In this document: piece by piece, positions 1 through 12,700 of the stretch
Position numbering within the stretch: the stretch's first letter is position 1
Layout: the number at the start of each line of letters is the position of its first letter
Virus record (IMG/VR): IMGVR_UViG_3300023106_000002
Location: 31,560-95,559 of that record
DNA: 64,000 nt
Source: a virus
Reading direction: 5' to 3' (one strand)
Position numbers and translations under genes: made by a program
Notes under the pieces: generated by a model
The model's input: the letters and a program-made list of their open reading frames with translations, nothing else
Databases searched by the model: none
What the model was told of the DNA's origin: nothing

Positions 1-3000
1 GTAACAATTATTGATACTGAAGCAGAAGATGATTTCAAAGATGCATTGGTTATAGATTTAGGTAATACAGCAAATTTGTTTGAAGATGATAACTTAGGTG
101 ATCCTTCAAATGATGTTGCTGATAGTGAATTTGATTTACAGATTGGAAACACATACAGTCCTGAGCAAATCAAAGCTATAACAGCATTTGTTAAAAAGAC
201 TGTAGAGAACATTGAAACTAAGTTAGATAGAAGACCTAGCTTCAGAGAATTTATGTCTCAAACATATAAGTATGCAGAAGATAAGAATCAAGTAAAGAAA
301 ATATTCAATGCTTCTATTGAAGGGTGGAAAGCAAATGGATATGAAGCAGATAACTATCAGGAAGTGTATAATGATTTATTCAATCCTTTTCAAGAAGATG
401 TTACTGCATATCTTGAAGCTGTTACTAACATGTTTGAAACTGAAGTACCAGCACAAGAAGTTACTACTTATGATGAATTAGATACCAAAACTGAAGAGAT
501 TGAAGAACAAGTTGCTAGAGTTGAACAAGTAACTGTAGCTTATGATGAAGAGAATGTTCCAATAGTAAGAACTATTGTTGATGACATTTCTAGTCAACGT
601 ACATTAAACATTGAACCTAAGTTAGGTTTCTCAGCAATTGTATATGATGAAGTCATTGAGAATGGCGTATTGATAAGAAAGTCAAGAGGTTCTGTATTGA
701 ACATATCACCTGATAGTCTTATTGATTTCAGAGATCTTCTTAACCCTGATACATATAAGACAGGTGATAAACTTAATATCGAAGTTGCTGATGAAAGTTT
801 ATGGTCAGGTATTACTGTATCTAATGGTAGAGATGCTAATGATGATGTACAAACTACATCATTTGCTGCGTGGGTTTCTGAACGCGAAAAGATAGATTCT
901 AACTTTAGAAGTTCTCAAGAGTTTAGAAATAAAATGCCAATCTTCTATTCATCTGATGCTGGTAAAAGACTAGCCTATGTACAAGATACAGATTGGTACA
1001 ATCCTTTCAATGTAGGCAATCCTTTTGGTGAAAGTAAAGACCCTAACAATGCAACACAAGCATGGTTAGATCATATACAAGAAGGTAAGAATAATACTCA
1101 AGAACTTCGTAATAATATTGCTAGAGGACTTAAACAAGTAACTATCAATAAACCTGAAGATGGTAAGTTCTACAAGATACCTGAAGAAGAACCATTGATT
1201 ACTGTTAATGAAAGTAATCCTCAAAGCGTAATTGCAGTACAACGTGGTACAGATTTGAATACTTCATTTGCTAATCAATTTAGTGAAGGTGTATTATTGA
1301 ATACTAATTTCAAAGGTGAACGAGGATTTGATAGTAAAACGAATAGTCATACATGGATGATTAATCGTATAGGATTTACTACAAATGATAAAGGAGAAGT
1401 TGTACCAAGTTACAGAGCATATCCAGTATTACGTTTAGTAACTAATGATCAAATTGAAACTGTTAAATGGGCATTAGCAGCACACTTGACATTGAAAGGT
1501 TGGACACAAGAGTTATCAGGAGTCAATGCAAAATATGCTATGACTATAGATCAAGCTAAGAAGTTACAACGTGACATCAATACAAACATGTCATTTAATA
1601 TTGAGAATCCAAAAGAGATTATCAACTTTATGAAAGTGTACTTTCAAACTAAAGTTGATAGTGATATACTTGGACCATATAGAAACGCATTATTTAATAC
1701 AACTGAAACACATGCTTTAATACTTCAACATACAAGTCTCAAAGCACTTGACAACAAGAACATTAAAAGCATTGTTCATATCAATAATGGAGTAGTTACT
1801 CCTTTGAATCAAAGATATGAAGAATACTTAAAGAATAACTTGCGTACCAATATCAAATCATTTGATGTGGGTACTAATGCAAAACCGGTATATGCTACAG
1901 TTATTCAACCTATTATCAATGTATCTTATACAGAAGTAAGTGAAACAATTAGTCCTAGACAAGAAGCTGCTAATGTTATCATTGAACAATTACAAGAAGA
2001 AGCTAAAGTAAATGCACCATTTGATTTATCAAAACATACTGAATTTTTAAACAGTATAGGAGTTGATATTGATTCTTTTGAACAGAGTGATGCTATGATT
2101 GATAATACAGATAAGTTATCAAACATCTTCAAATTGCCAGGGAACTTAAACATTCTTCAAGAGAAAGCTATCAGACAGTTCATTGTACATAGTATTGGTG
2201 AGAAAGCAAGTTTTGATTACAAATCATTATCTAATCCTGCTAAGATTAAAGCTGAGACTTTATCAGAACTTAAATTATTAATTAATCCTGTAGTTAAGCA
2301 GATAGAAAATTTAATCGCAGAAGTAAATGGACAAGATAATTCTACTGGTAAATACGATGTATTACTTGATGCTTATAATAGTACTCTCAAAAACATTAAA
2401 GTTGTTCAAAGTAATTTCTCATCAATCTACGAAAAAGGTTGGAAAGATGTTCAGAAACAGACTTCACTTGTCCTCAACGAAGATGAGAATATTGATGAAT
2501 CAGAAGATGATGTAAATTTATCTATCAAAGATTATAACAAAGATTCTATTGAAGAATCAGGTAAATCAAAAGCATCATATAGATTGAGAAGATTCTTGCA
2601 TAAAATACCAACTTACAATGTAGATGGTACTATTGCAAAAACTTACTTAGGTCTTCCGCAGTATATGTCATTTAATGATGTGTACAATGAACTTAGTAAG
2701 GTACTTGCTATGGGAAGTGATGTTGTATCTGATTATAAATTGATTATTAAGAAATTAGAACAAAGTCCTTCACCTTTTATTAAAGATGTATTAAGGAAAT
2801 TAGAAACTGCTGATGAACAGATCAAGAATGAATTTGTTTATAACTTTGTTAGACATAGTTTGACTTCTAAGTTTGCTATGTTTGATATGGGTAAATCAGG
2901 TACATCATTGAAAGTATATGATACAAACTCAAATGAAGCATCTCGTGTAATACGAGGAATATGGTTGAACAATAATAAGGCATCTGAGTTATTTACTTTG

Positions 3001-6000
3001 AATGGTAAACTCAATGCAGATGTAGCACAAGATTTAATTACTGAGTATGAATCATGGGATAAGGATTATACTAAAGTACCTCAACAAGAGTTAAGAAATT
3101 GGTTAGATAAAATCGGTTATACTTTTACAGATGGAGCATGGCAACAAATATACACTAGCGGTGTATGGAATGCACAGAAACAGAATAATTTTAATGCTCT
3201 TTACACTCAAGATAAAGGTGGTTTATTTGTGCCACTTGTTAAGTATCTTAGAGGTGCAATCACAAACCCTAGTGAATTTGATTTTGATAACAAGAAAAAT
3301 ATATTTAGTAATCTTACTGGTGTGACAAATGCATTATCACTTGTAGAAGCACAGTACAATGCTAACTTAATTGCATTGTCATTTAGAGATTCAGGTAAGA
3401 ACATATCAACTCAAGTACCTACTAAGTTTGTTACTGATATGATTCAAAAGTTGAAAAGAAGTTTGAATGAACAAGGTAACACATACATTGATGATTTACA
3501 AGCAATCTCTTTTTCAAGTGAGTCTACTACTCTTGAGTTGTTAAAGAACAATTCTGAGTTTGCTCGATTAATGGAAATATCTCATTTAAGTTTAACTGCT
3601 GTTAAACAACGTGGTGATAATCCATCAAAAGCAGGTATTACTGATTTAGGAGATATCGATTATGATCTTGCAGTACTTACAGGTTTCCAAGACAGAAAAG
3701 GAGTACAGTTTGGTACTGACAACAAAATCAATGGTATCCCTGTTAGAATGGCACACATGTTATTCCCTACCATGTCAGATAAGACAACAGGTCTATTTAT
3801 GAGAACATCAGTATTTGATTTCTTAAAAGATAGTAACTTGTTATTTGAAACAGCAGAAGATGGTAAAGTTACAGGACTTGATGATAGTGTAAAGGATTTG
3901 CTTTTCACTCAACTTGTTATGCCTGAACTTAAACGTATAATTAATTTTCATCAAAAAGTAAAAGCTACAAATATTAAGAATTATGATAATGGTGCTATGT
4001 TATTTCATTTCATACCAGCACTAAATACTCTTACTGATGAAAGTGGTGTCAGGTTGATTGAGAAATTAGCTACTATTGAAAACTATACAATAGAAGATAT
4101 TGTTGCTCAGTATGGTAAAGCAATGAAAGATACTATTGAGAGAGTAATTAAGAAAGAAGTTGCTTTTAAAATGCAACAATGGAATGGTTATTCACGTACT
4201 GATAGAAATGGTAATGCTATACTTGATGCTAATGGTAATACTACATCAACTATGTTTGATAATGATTACTTTACTGAAGTAGGTAAAAGTCCTTCTAAAG
4301 ATTATGAAATTGGAGTATATGACTTTGTTATGAATAGTTTACTGTTTAATGCAGAAGTATTTAAAATCTTCGCAGGAGATATAGCAAACTATAGTCAAGA
4401 TAAAGTATTCAAAGAAAAAGGTGCTAAGAAGTTACCATATCAAATTGAAGAACCTTCAACTTATTTATCAATCAATAAAGAGATAGGAGTTAACTTAGGT
4501 AAACGTCTAGCACTTCTTATAGCACCTGGAAATAAAGTTGCAAACTCATACAATGAAAAATACAATCAAATCTTTTTAGAAGATGCTGTTGATATTTCAG
4601 AGAATGCTTCCTACCTTGTAAAGAACTTTTATGGTCAAAACATAGATGAAGAAATTGCTAAGTATAGATCATTAGAAGATGCTATTAATATTGCAGAACA
4701 ATCTAAAACAGATTCTAATCCTGAAAAGATAAATAAGATTAAAGATCAAATGTTGGATATGCGTAGAGATTGGGCTAAGAGATTTCCTGATTTAGATGCT
4801 TACTTTGATATTGAATCTACTGATGCTCAAGAATATTCTACATGGGCAGAACACTTATCTTTAATGGAAAGAATGGGTAGAATTACTGATAGTGAAAGAA
4901 ATAACATCTATAATAAGTTATTATCTTTCCAAGACTTGACTAAAGAAGAATTGAACTTAGTATTGCAACCTATTAAACCAGTACACACAGGTAGCTATAT
5001 CAACCAAGACTTTGATGTTAATCAAATGGTTTATATTAAGTCATCATCTTTTCCATTGATTCCTCAACTTACTGCGGGTACTAAACTCGATGAGTTAAGA
5101 GTTGCTATGGAAACACTTGAGGTAATATCAGGAAGATATACACGTGCTTCTTTTCAAACTGCTAATAAAGTTGGTGCTACTAAAAAGACAGTTAATCCAT
5201 TCGATTATAACTCAATTCTTGCTGGTGTCAGAGAGTATGATGAAAACGATGTTAACTCTACAGTAAGAGTACTTGACAGAAATAACTTCAGAATTCAACA
5301 AGATGTACCTTTCAAATCAGATAAGAAGAAAACTGATACAGTATCTATGGGTACTCAGTTCTTTAAATTGTTATTTGGTGATGGTATGTATAATATTGAA
5401 GATTTTAACTTGAATGGCAGAACTGTTACAGGTAAGAAATTATATGAACATTATAACTATCACTTTAGTGAGATAGTAAACAATAAGAAACAAGAGTTGT
5501 TTATGGACTTAGGACTTGACTCAAATGGTCAGGTATTAAATCAAGTACAATTCATTAAAAGCTTACAGAATCTTTTGATTACTGAAGCTACAAGTAGAGG
5601 TTATAGTTTAAAATCATTAGCAGGATTGAAGATAGAACAACTTCAAGCCAAAGCAGGATATTACTATGAGTTCAAAACTCCACTATGGTTATCGTCAGAT
5701 AGCAACAGATATGAATCATTACTTAATGCTATTATCACAAACAGGCTGATGAAGCACAAGATGCCAGGAAATGGATTTATTGCTGGGTCAGAAAGTGGAT
5801 TTAGATATACAGAAGATCTTAATAGTGTTGATAAGTCACGTATTATTTACTTAGATTCTTGGAATGGTAGAGAACTTCAAGGTGCTCATACAACAGATAC
5901 AGAAGGAAATGTTTCATTCAATTCTGCACAAGTATTTGTACCTGCTAAGTTTAAGAACTCAAAGAATGAATTGATTGATTTGTTTGAAGGTTTTAATAAT

Positions 6001-9000
6001 AAAACTAAAGAAGGTAAGTATGTTTACAGAAGAGACAATGGTACATTAGGACTTAAAGAAGGTTCTATTGATAAAGAGTTAATGAATTTGTTTACATTCA
6101 GAACTCCTACATCTTCTCACGTATCAGGTTCATCTGTAGAAATTGCAGGTATATTGCCTCCTGAAAGTGGAGACTTGATGATTGTACCTAAGAACTTTAC
6201 TAAACAGAAAGGTCTTGATTATGATATTGATAAGGAGTCTGCCTATGCATTAAATCACTATGTAGATGATAATGGCGCCATTAGAGTACTTGATGGTAAT
6301 GCTGTAACAGATATGTTACAGAAATATCAAAACGCTATAGACAAGATCAACAAAGAAAGTAATGCTATTGAGAGTAAAACTCAAGCATTAACTATCTTAA
6401 AAGAGATGTCTAATAGTTCAAGATTTCCATTGAGTGAAGAAGACTTGTTAGAATTTACAAACCCTGAGATAAGTGTGCAAGACATTGCTACACGTGCTAT
6501 GTGGAAATTGAAAACTAAGTTATCAGAGAATGAGTTTATCAGAACTCACTTAGTTGTATTCAATAACCCTAATCCTGTTGTACAGAACAAGATCAATAAA
6601 GTCTTATCTATTGATTTTGCAAAAGAACAAGCTGCAGCAATTGAAAAATTAGAGGCTGAGGGAGAAAAAAATAAAATTATTGCTCAATATATCAAGCAAG
6701 GATTATCACCTCTCGAAGCAGATAAAAAGTACCAAACTGAGGCTATGGATTATACAATGCTGACTTATTCTTATCAAAAAAATAAGATGAGTTTGGGTAG
6801 TATCGGGAAGATTGCTATTGGAGTATATGCAAACTATACTACATTCAATGGACTACTTCAACAAACTGAGGAACAAGTCTTCATGCGTAACAAAGAAGGT
6901 GATCCTACAATAATTAAGATTGGTAAATATGAAAGCAACGGTATATTAGGTGCAGAAAGAACACTTGATGGTGAGAGAACTACTGCTGAAGTATTTGCTG
7001 AAAAGGAAAATACTGCAACAGATAATGAGAAAGAACAAGTACTTGGTAGAGTAGGTGTGAATGAATCGACTATTAATGTTGATGCTCACATGACTTTACG
7101 TGGTTTTGATAAAGATGAAAATGGAAACTCAATATCATACATGTTACTGTCTCAACCTTTAGTTAAAGAACTTAATAAAAGACGTAAAGATAGTAAAGGT
7201 ATTCTTGGTGAATATATTGATGATAACAGTCTAATCAAATCAATGATTGAATCGTTATCAAATAATACTATTACTTATATTCAATCAGGAGAAGGTATGG
7301 ATTTGGAGTATTATTTCACCAATAAGTCTGACATGTCACAAGTTATTATTGATGGTGGTATGTTAAGTGGAAATAATATGCTTGATGGTATAACGTATAA
7401 TGGTGAAAACTTAGATGTACAAAGAGAAGCATTCATGACTTATATTGAACTTGAAAAAGAAGCTAAAGCAGTATCAAGCATTCAAAAAACTATCAATGTT
7501 AATACACTTGGTAAGTCAATGATTGAATCTCAATTGAAATATGAAGGACTTAAAGTATTAGCTGAAAACAAAAAAGTATCAGGAGTTCATAATTTACTTG
7601 GTAATTTCTTAACAAAGAAACCTGAAGATGTTAACAATGGATATTGGATAGGAGATTACTATGTAGTTCCTACTACACCTCAAGGACAGATTGTTATCAA
7701 TGGTTTACATTTAGGTAATACTTTGTATAAAGACTTCTTTCCTTATCAAGATAAAGCAATACTTGATGTTGTAAACGAAATACTTTCAGCTAAAGGTAAA
7801 GATAGTGTATCAGATGCTACAATGATTGATAACTTTGAAACCATTGTGGAAGGTATCAGAAAGTATATTAATTCTCGTCAAGGAAATAACATCTTTAATG
7901 TATCTCCTAAAGCTAAGAGATTTGATTTGTTTAAAGATACAGAAGATAATACTTCTCTTTCTACTTACATGTTAACTATACTTAAAGGAGATACTACTGG
8001 ATATAAAAAAGGATTGAAGTTCTTGAAAAATAATTCATTGATTAAAAGCTTTACTTATGATACTGGTATTGGTAACAATGAAGTATCTACTATTAAGTAT
8101 AACAATGCTGCTACTGATAACTTAGATGAAGAAGATTTATACAATGCAATACCTGAATTAGTATTAGCTAATTTACCATTGCCTGAAAGAAATGGACAAC
8201 CATATTCTACTATGCAACTTGCAGAAGATTTGGTAGCATATTCATTCCTTGAAGGAGGTGTACAAGAAGCTACTCAGTTTATCAAGTATGTACCTGTTGA
8301 GTTCTTAGAATCAATTGGGCAGATGGAAAATGATGTATTTGTACCAGCAAACAGAAAACTTCAGGGATTTAACTCCAAGAAGAATAGTGGTATTAATATT
8401 TTTGCTATAGCATTAGGAATGAAAGAAAATGAAACAAGTACATTTACTAAGCAGTACTTTCAACACAATCCTTCAGATGCTGCAAGGGTTTCATTTAAAG
8501 ATACTCGTGGTCAAAGTAGTTTCAAATACGTAAACACTATTGGTAAAAGTCCTTCTTTTGTTAGCATGAAAAACAAAGCAAAAGATGAAATGAACAAGTT
8601 CACTTTGTATCAAAACATGGGTAATGGTAATTATCAAGAGATTGATACACTTGGTAACTTTGGCATCAGTGAATATGAATATAAAAATGATGCGGTTGCT
8701 TCATTAATGACTAATAAAGTTAATGTTACTCCTGTAGCTAGTGTACAAGAAACAGAACTTGCTGATCCATCTATTACTACTGCATTGAATATTGATAACA
8801 ATACTTCGATTAAAGCAATACTTGGACAAATATCATCAATGAATTTTGCTCCTGAGTATGCTCACTTATCTACTGCTGCTGAATGGTTAGCACCTTTAGC
8901 TAAAAATAAAGGAGTATTTAGTTTTGATAATACTATTCGAGGAGCAGGTTTAGCAATGAGAGAAAGTCTTGATATAAGATTAAATCCTTCAATGACTATT

Positions 9001-9717
9001 CAAGAGAGTGATGAAAAAACAGCATTGATATTCTTACATGAATTTATTCATACTGTAAGTACTAATGAGTTATTACAATACTTTAACAATGATGGTTTAA
9101 CATTGAAAGAAGGTTTAACAGTACCTTCTTATGTTTCAAACTTGTTAACAGTATTTAATGAGTTCAGAAGATTACATTCATCTGAAATCAATCTCTTGGT
9201 TAATAAGATGAATGGTAAAACAGATGCATCATTGAGTAATGAGTTTAGTGATAGAGAGAAAAATGTTATATATGCAGGTACAAATATATTTGAGTTTGTA
9301 ACAGTTGCTATGACATCTCCTATGTTCCAAGAAGAGATGAATAAAGTGTCATATAAGAAATCAGGTTTATCATTAATTGAAAAACTTAAAGATGCCTTGA
9401 TGAGATTATTTAAACATATCTATCCAAACATTGCTGAGAACTCAGTTGCAGAAGCATCTATTTTAGCATCTTTGGATTTTGTTCAAGAAGAAGCTAGTAA
9501 ACGTAGAAGTATTGAACAAGAAGACTTGTTGCCTGCTGATATTATGTATGAACTTGAAAGAGAAGATGCTGAAAGACTTCAATATGGAGGATTGACAGAA
9601 CCTGATATAGTCAATGATGTTGAATTATCAGACCCTGATAGTCAAAATATTACAGGAGAAACTATCGATTTAATGATTGATAATTTAGAAAATTTGCCTA
9701 ACTTTGAACCATGCTAA
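1..9717 (+). CDS. Virion-packaged DNA-dependent RNA polymerase polyprotein (crAss-like, phi14:2 gp66-type) with C-terminal zincin-like domain; 5'-truncated
   Basis: Frame is open from base 1 (>3200 aa). Two-barrel RNAP Mg-binding motif GLDYDIDK at 6211-6234, preceded by FRTPTSSH. HEFIH (9037-9051) plus downstream NIFEFV is a zincin signature. Size and position match crAss-like phages. Confidence 0.9.
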   Translation, partial: VTIIDTEAEDDFKDALVIDLGNTANLFEDDNLGDPSNDVADSEFDLQIGNTYSPEQIKAITAFVKKTVENIETKLDRRPSFREFMSQTYKYAEDKNQVKKIFNASIEGWKANGYEADNYQEVYNDLFNPFQEDVTAYLEAVTNMFETEVPAQEVTTYDELDTKTEEIEEQVARVEQVTVAYDEENVPIVRTIVDDISSQRTLNIEPKLGFSAIVYDEVIENGVLIRKSRGSVLNISPDSLIDFRDLLNPDTYKTGDKLNIEVADESLWSGITVSNGRDANDDVQTTSFAAWVSEREKIDSNFRSSQEFRNKMPIFYSSDAGKRLAYVQDTDWYNPFNVGNPFGESKDPNNATQAWLDHIQEGKNNTQELRNNIARGLKQVTINKPEDGKFYKIPEEEPLITVNESNPQSVIAVQRGTDLNTSFANQFSEGVLLNTNFKGERGFDSKTNSHTWMINRIGFTTNDKGEVVPSYRAYPVLRLVTNDQIETVKWALAAHLTLKGWTQELSGVNAKYAMTIDQAKKLQRDINTNMSFNIENPKEIINFMKVYFQTKVDSDILGPYRNALFNTTETHALILQHTSLKALDNKNIKSIVHINNGVVTPLNQRYEEYLKNNLRTNIKSFDVGTNAKPVYATVIQPIINVSYTEVSETISPRQEAANVIIEQLQEEAKVNAPFDLSKHTEFLNSIGVDIDSFEQSDAMIDNTDKLSNIFKLPGNLNILQEKAIRQFIVHSIGEKASFDYKSLSNPAKIKAETLSELKLLINPVVKQIENLIAEVNGQDNSTGKYDVLLDAYNSTLKNIKVVQSNFSSIYEKGWKDVQKQTSLVLNEDENIDESEDDVNLSIKDYNKDSIEESGKSKASYRLRRFLHKIPTYNVDGTIAKTYLGLPQYMSFNDVYNELSKVLAMGSDVVSDYKLIIKKLEQSPSPFIKDVLRKLETADEQIKNEFVYNFVRHSLTSKFAMFDMGKSGTSLKVYDTNSNEASRVIRGIWLNNNKASELFTLNGKLNADVAQDLITEYESWDKDYTKVPQQELRNWLDKIGYTFTDGAWQQIYTSGVWNAQKQNNFNALYTQDKGGLFVPLVKYLRGAITNPSEFDFDNKKNIFSNLTGVTNALSLVEAQYNANLIALSFRDSGKNISTQVPTKFVTDMIQKLKRSLNEQGNTYIDDLQAISFSSESTTLELLKNNSEFARLMEISHLSLTAVKQRGDNPSKAGITDLGDIDYDLAVLTGFQDRKGVQFGTDNKINGIPVRMAHMLFPTMSDKTTGLFMRTSVFDFLKDSNLLFETAEDGKVTGLDDSVKDLLFTQLVMPELKRIINFHQKVKATNIKNYDNGAMLFHFIPALNTLTDESGVRLIEKLATIENYTIEDIVAQYGKAMKDTIERVIKKEVAFKMQQWNGYSRTDRNGNAILDANGNTTSTMFDNDYFTEVGKSPSKDYEIGVYDFVMNSLLFNAEVFKIFAGDIANYSQDKVFKEKGAKKLPYQIEEPSTYLSINKEIGVNLGKRLALLIAPGNKVANSYNEKYNQIFLEDAVDISENASYLVKNFYGQNIDEEIAKYRSLEDAINIAEQSKTDSNPEKINKIKDQMLDMRRDWAKRFPDLDAYFDIESTDAQEYSTWAEHLSLMERMGRITDSERNNIYNKLLSFQDLTKEELNLVLQPIKPVHTGSYINQDFDVNQMVYIKSSSFPLIPQLTAGTKLDELRVAMETLEVISGRYTRASFQTANKVGATKKTVNPFDYNSILAGVREYDENDVNSTVRVLDRNNFRIQQDVPFKSDKKKTDTVSMGTQFFKLLFGDGMYNIEDFNLNGRTVTGKKLYEHYNYHFSEIVNNKKQELFMDLGLDSNGQVLNQVQFIKSLQNLLITEATSRGYSLKSLAGLKIEQLQAKAGYYYEFKTPLWLSSDSNRYESLLNAIITNRLMKHKMPGNGFIAGSESGFRYTEDLNSVDKSRIIYLDSWNGRELQGAHTTDTEGNVSFNSAQVFVPAKFKNSKNELIDLFEGFNNKTKEGKYVYRRDNGTLGLKEGSIDKELMNLFTFRTPTSSHVSGSSVEIAGILPPESGDLMIVPKNFTKQKGLDYDIDKESAYALNHYVDDNGAIRVLDGNAVTDMLQKYQNAIDKINKESNAIESKTQALTILKEMSNSSRFPLSEEDLLEFTNPEISVQDIATRAMWKLKTKLSENEFIRTHLVVFNNPNPVVQNKINKVLSIDFAKEQAAAIEKLEAEGEKNKIIAQYIKQGLSPLEADKKYQTEAMDYTMLTYSYQKNKMSLGSIGKIAIGVYANYTTFNGLLQQTEEQVFMRNKEGDPTIIKIGKYESNGILGAERTLDGERTTAEVFAEKENTATDNEKEQVLGRVGVNESTINVDAHMTLRGFDKDENGNSISYMLLSQPLVKELNKRRKDSKGILGEYIDDNSLIKSMIESLSNNTITYIQSGEGMDLEYYFTNKSDMSQVIIDGGMLSGNNMLDGITYNGENLDVQREAFMTYIELEKEAKAVSSIQKTINVNTLGKSMIESQLKYEGLKVLAENKKVSGVHNLLGNFLTKKPEDVNNGYWIGDYYVVPTTPQGQIVINGLHLGNTLYKDFFPYQDKAILDVVNEILSAKGKDSVSDATMIDNFETIVEGIRKYINSRQGNNIFNVSPKAKRFDLFKDTEDNTSLSTYMLTILKGDTTGYKKGLKFLKNNSLIKSFTYDTGIGNNEVSTIKYNNAATDNLDEEDLYNAIPELVLANLPLPERNGQPYSTMQLAEDLVAYSFLEGGVQEATQFIKYVPVEFLESIGQMENDVFVPANRKLQGFNSKKNSGINIFAIALGMKENETSTFTKQYFQHNPSDAARVSFKDTRGQSSFKYVNTIGKSPSFVSMKNKAKDEMNKFTLYQNMGNGNYQEIDTLGNFGISEYEYKNDAVASLMTNKVNVTPVASVQETELADPSITTALNIDNNTSIKAILGQISSMNFAPEYAHLSTAAEWLAPLAKNKGVFSFDNTIRGAGLAMRESLDIRLNPSMTIQESDEKTALIFLHEFIHTVSTNELLQYFNNDGLTLKEGLTVPSYVSNLLTVFNEFRRLHSSEINLLVNKMNGKTDASLSNEFSDREKNVIYAGTNIFEFVTVAMTSPMFQEEMNKVSYKKSGLSLIEKLKDALMRLFKHIYPNIAENSVAEASILASLDFVQEEASKRRSIEQEDLLPADIMYELEREDAERLQYGGLTEPDIVNDVELSDPDSQNITGETIDLMIDNLENLPNFEPC

Positions 9718-9729
9718 CTAAATAAAATT

Positions 9730-12700
9730 ATGAGTTGTATAGGAGATAAAATAACAGAAGACTTAATAGGTAATGTAACTCATCCAAAGAAAGGGAACTT
9801 TACTATAAAAAAAGACAGTATCTTTATACCTGATACCGTCTTATCAGAAAATGGCAGCACTTATGGTGTTGTCAAATATGTTGAGCAACAACTTAATAAA
9901 AGATATGCAGAACTTTATGGTACTCTTGCTAATGACAACTTAGGTCAATTGACTTCATTAGTACCTTTTAATGATGGAATCAGAATTGATGTTGTTCCTT
10001 CTAAATCTGTAGAGAAAGCTATAGAGTACAAACAAGGTGAAGCCACAAGAGAAGAACTTAAAGAGATGATTGCTCAGGAATTGGCTGAAAATGAACAGAG
10101 TGATTTTGAAGTAAGAGATCAAGAAGGAAATCAATTCTTCGATCAAGAAGGAAATGTATATGCTACATTAGATGATGCTATTGCTGCATTTGAAAGAGAA
10201 GATCAATCTTATGATAGCTTCTTTCCATTAGCAGCACAAACTGTTATTCAACCTAACTACGAAGACTATATTATTCGTAAGCAAGAGTTGATTAAAAGAA
10301 TGGATAAACAAGTTGAGAAGTTATATAATGAAAAAAGGAATCTTAATACTCATGGTATCAATAAAAGGATTTCACGGTTTACTAAGATTAAGGAACAGCT
10401 TGAATTAGACGTAGCAAGATTTACATCAAACAATGATAAGCATTCACTTATTCAAGAATTCTTTAATAAAGACTTTGATTTAATCAACAGCTTACTGGAA
10501 GAACCTAGCTTAGATAATCTTTTCTTAGCTAAAGACTTATTCAAATATATCAAAAATACAGCAGATATACGATTAGCTAATATAGAGAATAAGTTATTTA
10601 CACCTAAGGCTAATACAACTTATAGTCCTGAAGTATTAGCACTGATTGCAAGTGTACATGAAAGAGTAAATCTTCAAGAACGTGATATAGAAGAAGCAGT
10701 TGATAAAGTGTTCATGACACTTCTTGAGAAAAATCAACAAAAACTTGAATCTTTATATCCTGATAAGAATCTTGAAGAAATTAAAGAAGAGTTATTGAAA
10801 AATCTTCAGGATATTACTTGGATTGAATCAATGTTTTTCGGACAAGGAGAAAATGTAACTTCTTCCAATAACATCATAGAGAACTTGATAAGAGTTGAAT
10901 ATGAAAAGGAAGTAGTTAAACAAGAAGGTAAAGCACAAACAATTATTGCTGACATCAATGCTTCTCTTCCAGCAGTTGAAAAACATCTTGCATTATTAGG
11001 GAAGAAGATTAAATCTACTTTAGGAGGAATTGTATATAGTGGATATGATTATCGTTTTCTATATCAAGTAGATAAGAAAGGTGATTATAAGTCATCGCTT
11101 ATTGGTAAGTACTCCTTGCAATGGGAGAACTTCATATACAACTTAAACAAAAATCATAACAATAATATTTATCTTGCAAGACAAATGAAAGACTGGGCAG
11201 AAGTTGAAAAACTTTTGATTGGTAAGTTCAATGACTTGAATGATAAATCAAATTTTGTAAACTTTACATTGCTTCACGATATATTTAATGATCCAATCTA
11301 TGATGAATTTAAGAAAGGTACTGATGTAGAAGCTAAAGCATATAAAGATAGTCTGATTCGTAACATTGGTTTTGATGAATATCAGAATGTTATTGAGGAA
11401 CAACGTAATCTTTTAGATAACTATCTTGAAGAAGTAGATTTGATTACAGAACAGAAGCTATTAAGTGAAGGTGTTGCAGATGTAAATGATTTAAGTGATG
11501 CAGCAAGACAGAACCTTAATTTGAGCATTGCAAGGTTGAATCCCGCCACATTTCTAGAATCATTTCTTGCTGGTAGAAAAGGAATGATTGAATACACTAT
11601 AGGAACTCAATCAAATGAGAAACCATCTTATTTGAAATACAATACTGTAGTACCTGCGAGAAAGTCTTTAACAGGTAAAGATACAGGATTCTATGATGCA
11701 AACTTCGATATGATTGAAGATAGTCCTGCTTTATATGCATTGTGGGCAGCTATTAAAGATGGTACTAAACTTATCAATGAGAATTTAATTGATTCTAATA
11801 TAAGTGTAAAGAAAAATTCATTACTCTTATGGAAGAAACAATTTGCTGAAGAGAGTGTTAACAAGGATGCTAAGTCTGTTATAAAACAAGGTTTAGGAAA
11901 TATGTTGAATTTAAAACAGTTTATTAAAGATATAGGAAGTGCTAAGTTACCTGATTATACTGCTAAAGATACTGTAGTATTACCAGCAGAAGTCAAATCT
12001 TTCAATGCAGCAGTTCATAATGACTTTGAAATAAATAAAACAGAACTTGCTAATATCTTAGGTACTCGTATAACTGATGAAACTAAAGTTGCATATAAAA
12101 CTCTCTCGTTAGACCAGCAAAAGAAGATTTATGAATTATTCGGATTTACAAATTCTCCTGATTTTGAAAGAGCATCAGGTGGATTATTTAAAGTAGAAGC
12201 ACTTAAGCGTTTTTCAGAGAAGAAGATCATGGATCAGCAAACTTTGAATACTCCTTTAATGATTAAAGCATTACTTGAATTCTCAGCAGAACATAGAGCA
12301 AAGACTAATTCTCTAAACGAAGTAAATATTTACAGAGAAAAGAGTAATAATATACGCAATCAAGAAAATACTTTATTCAGTAAGGAAGGTACTACAAGAA
12401 AGAGTGAAGTAGAAAGAAGTGATTTCTTCTATAAAACAGTACTACTTAATCAAAGAGAGAAAGACCATTCAGGAAACATTACTAAAATATTGACAAAGTG
12501 GGCAGATAAGAATGAATGGAACTTTGTTGGTAGACATTTCTACAAGAACTTTAAGAAAGATGAAAAAGTAATATATGATTCCGCTACTAAGCGATTAGCT
12601 AAAATAGAAGAAGAACTTGCTGACCCTGCTATCAATGATAAAGTTGCAGCAGCACTTCTCAAAGAACAAGAAGATTTAAATGCTCGTATTAGGTTGCTTG

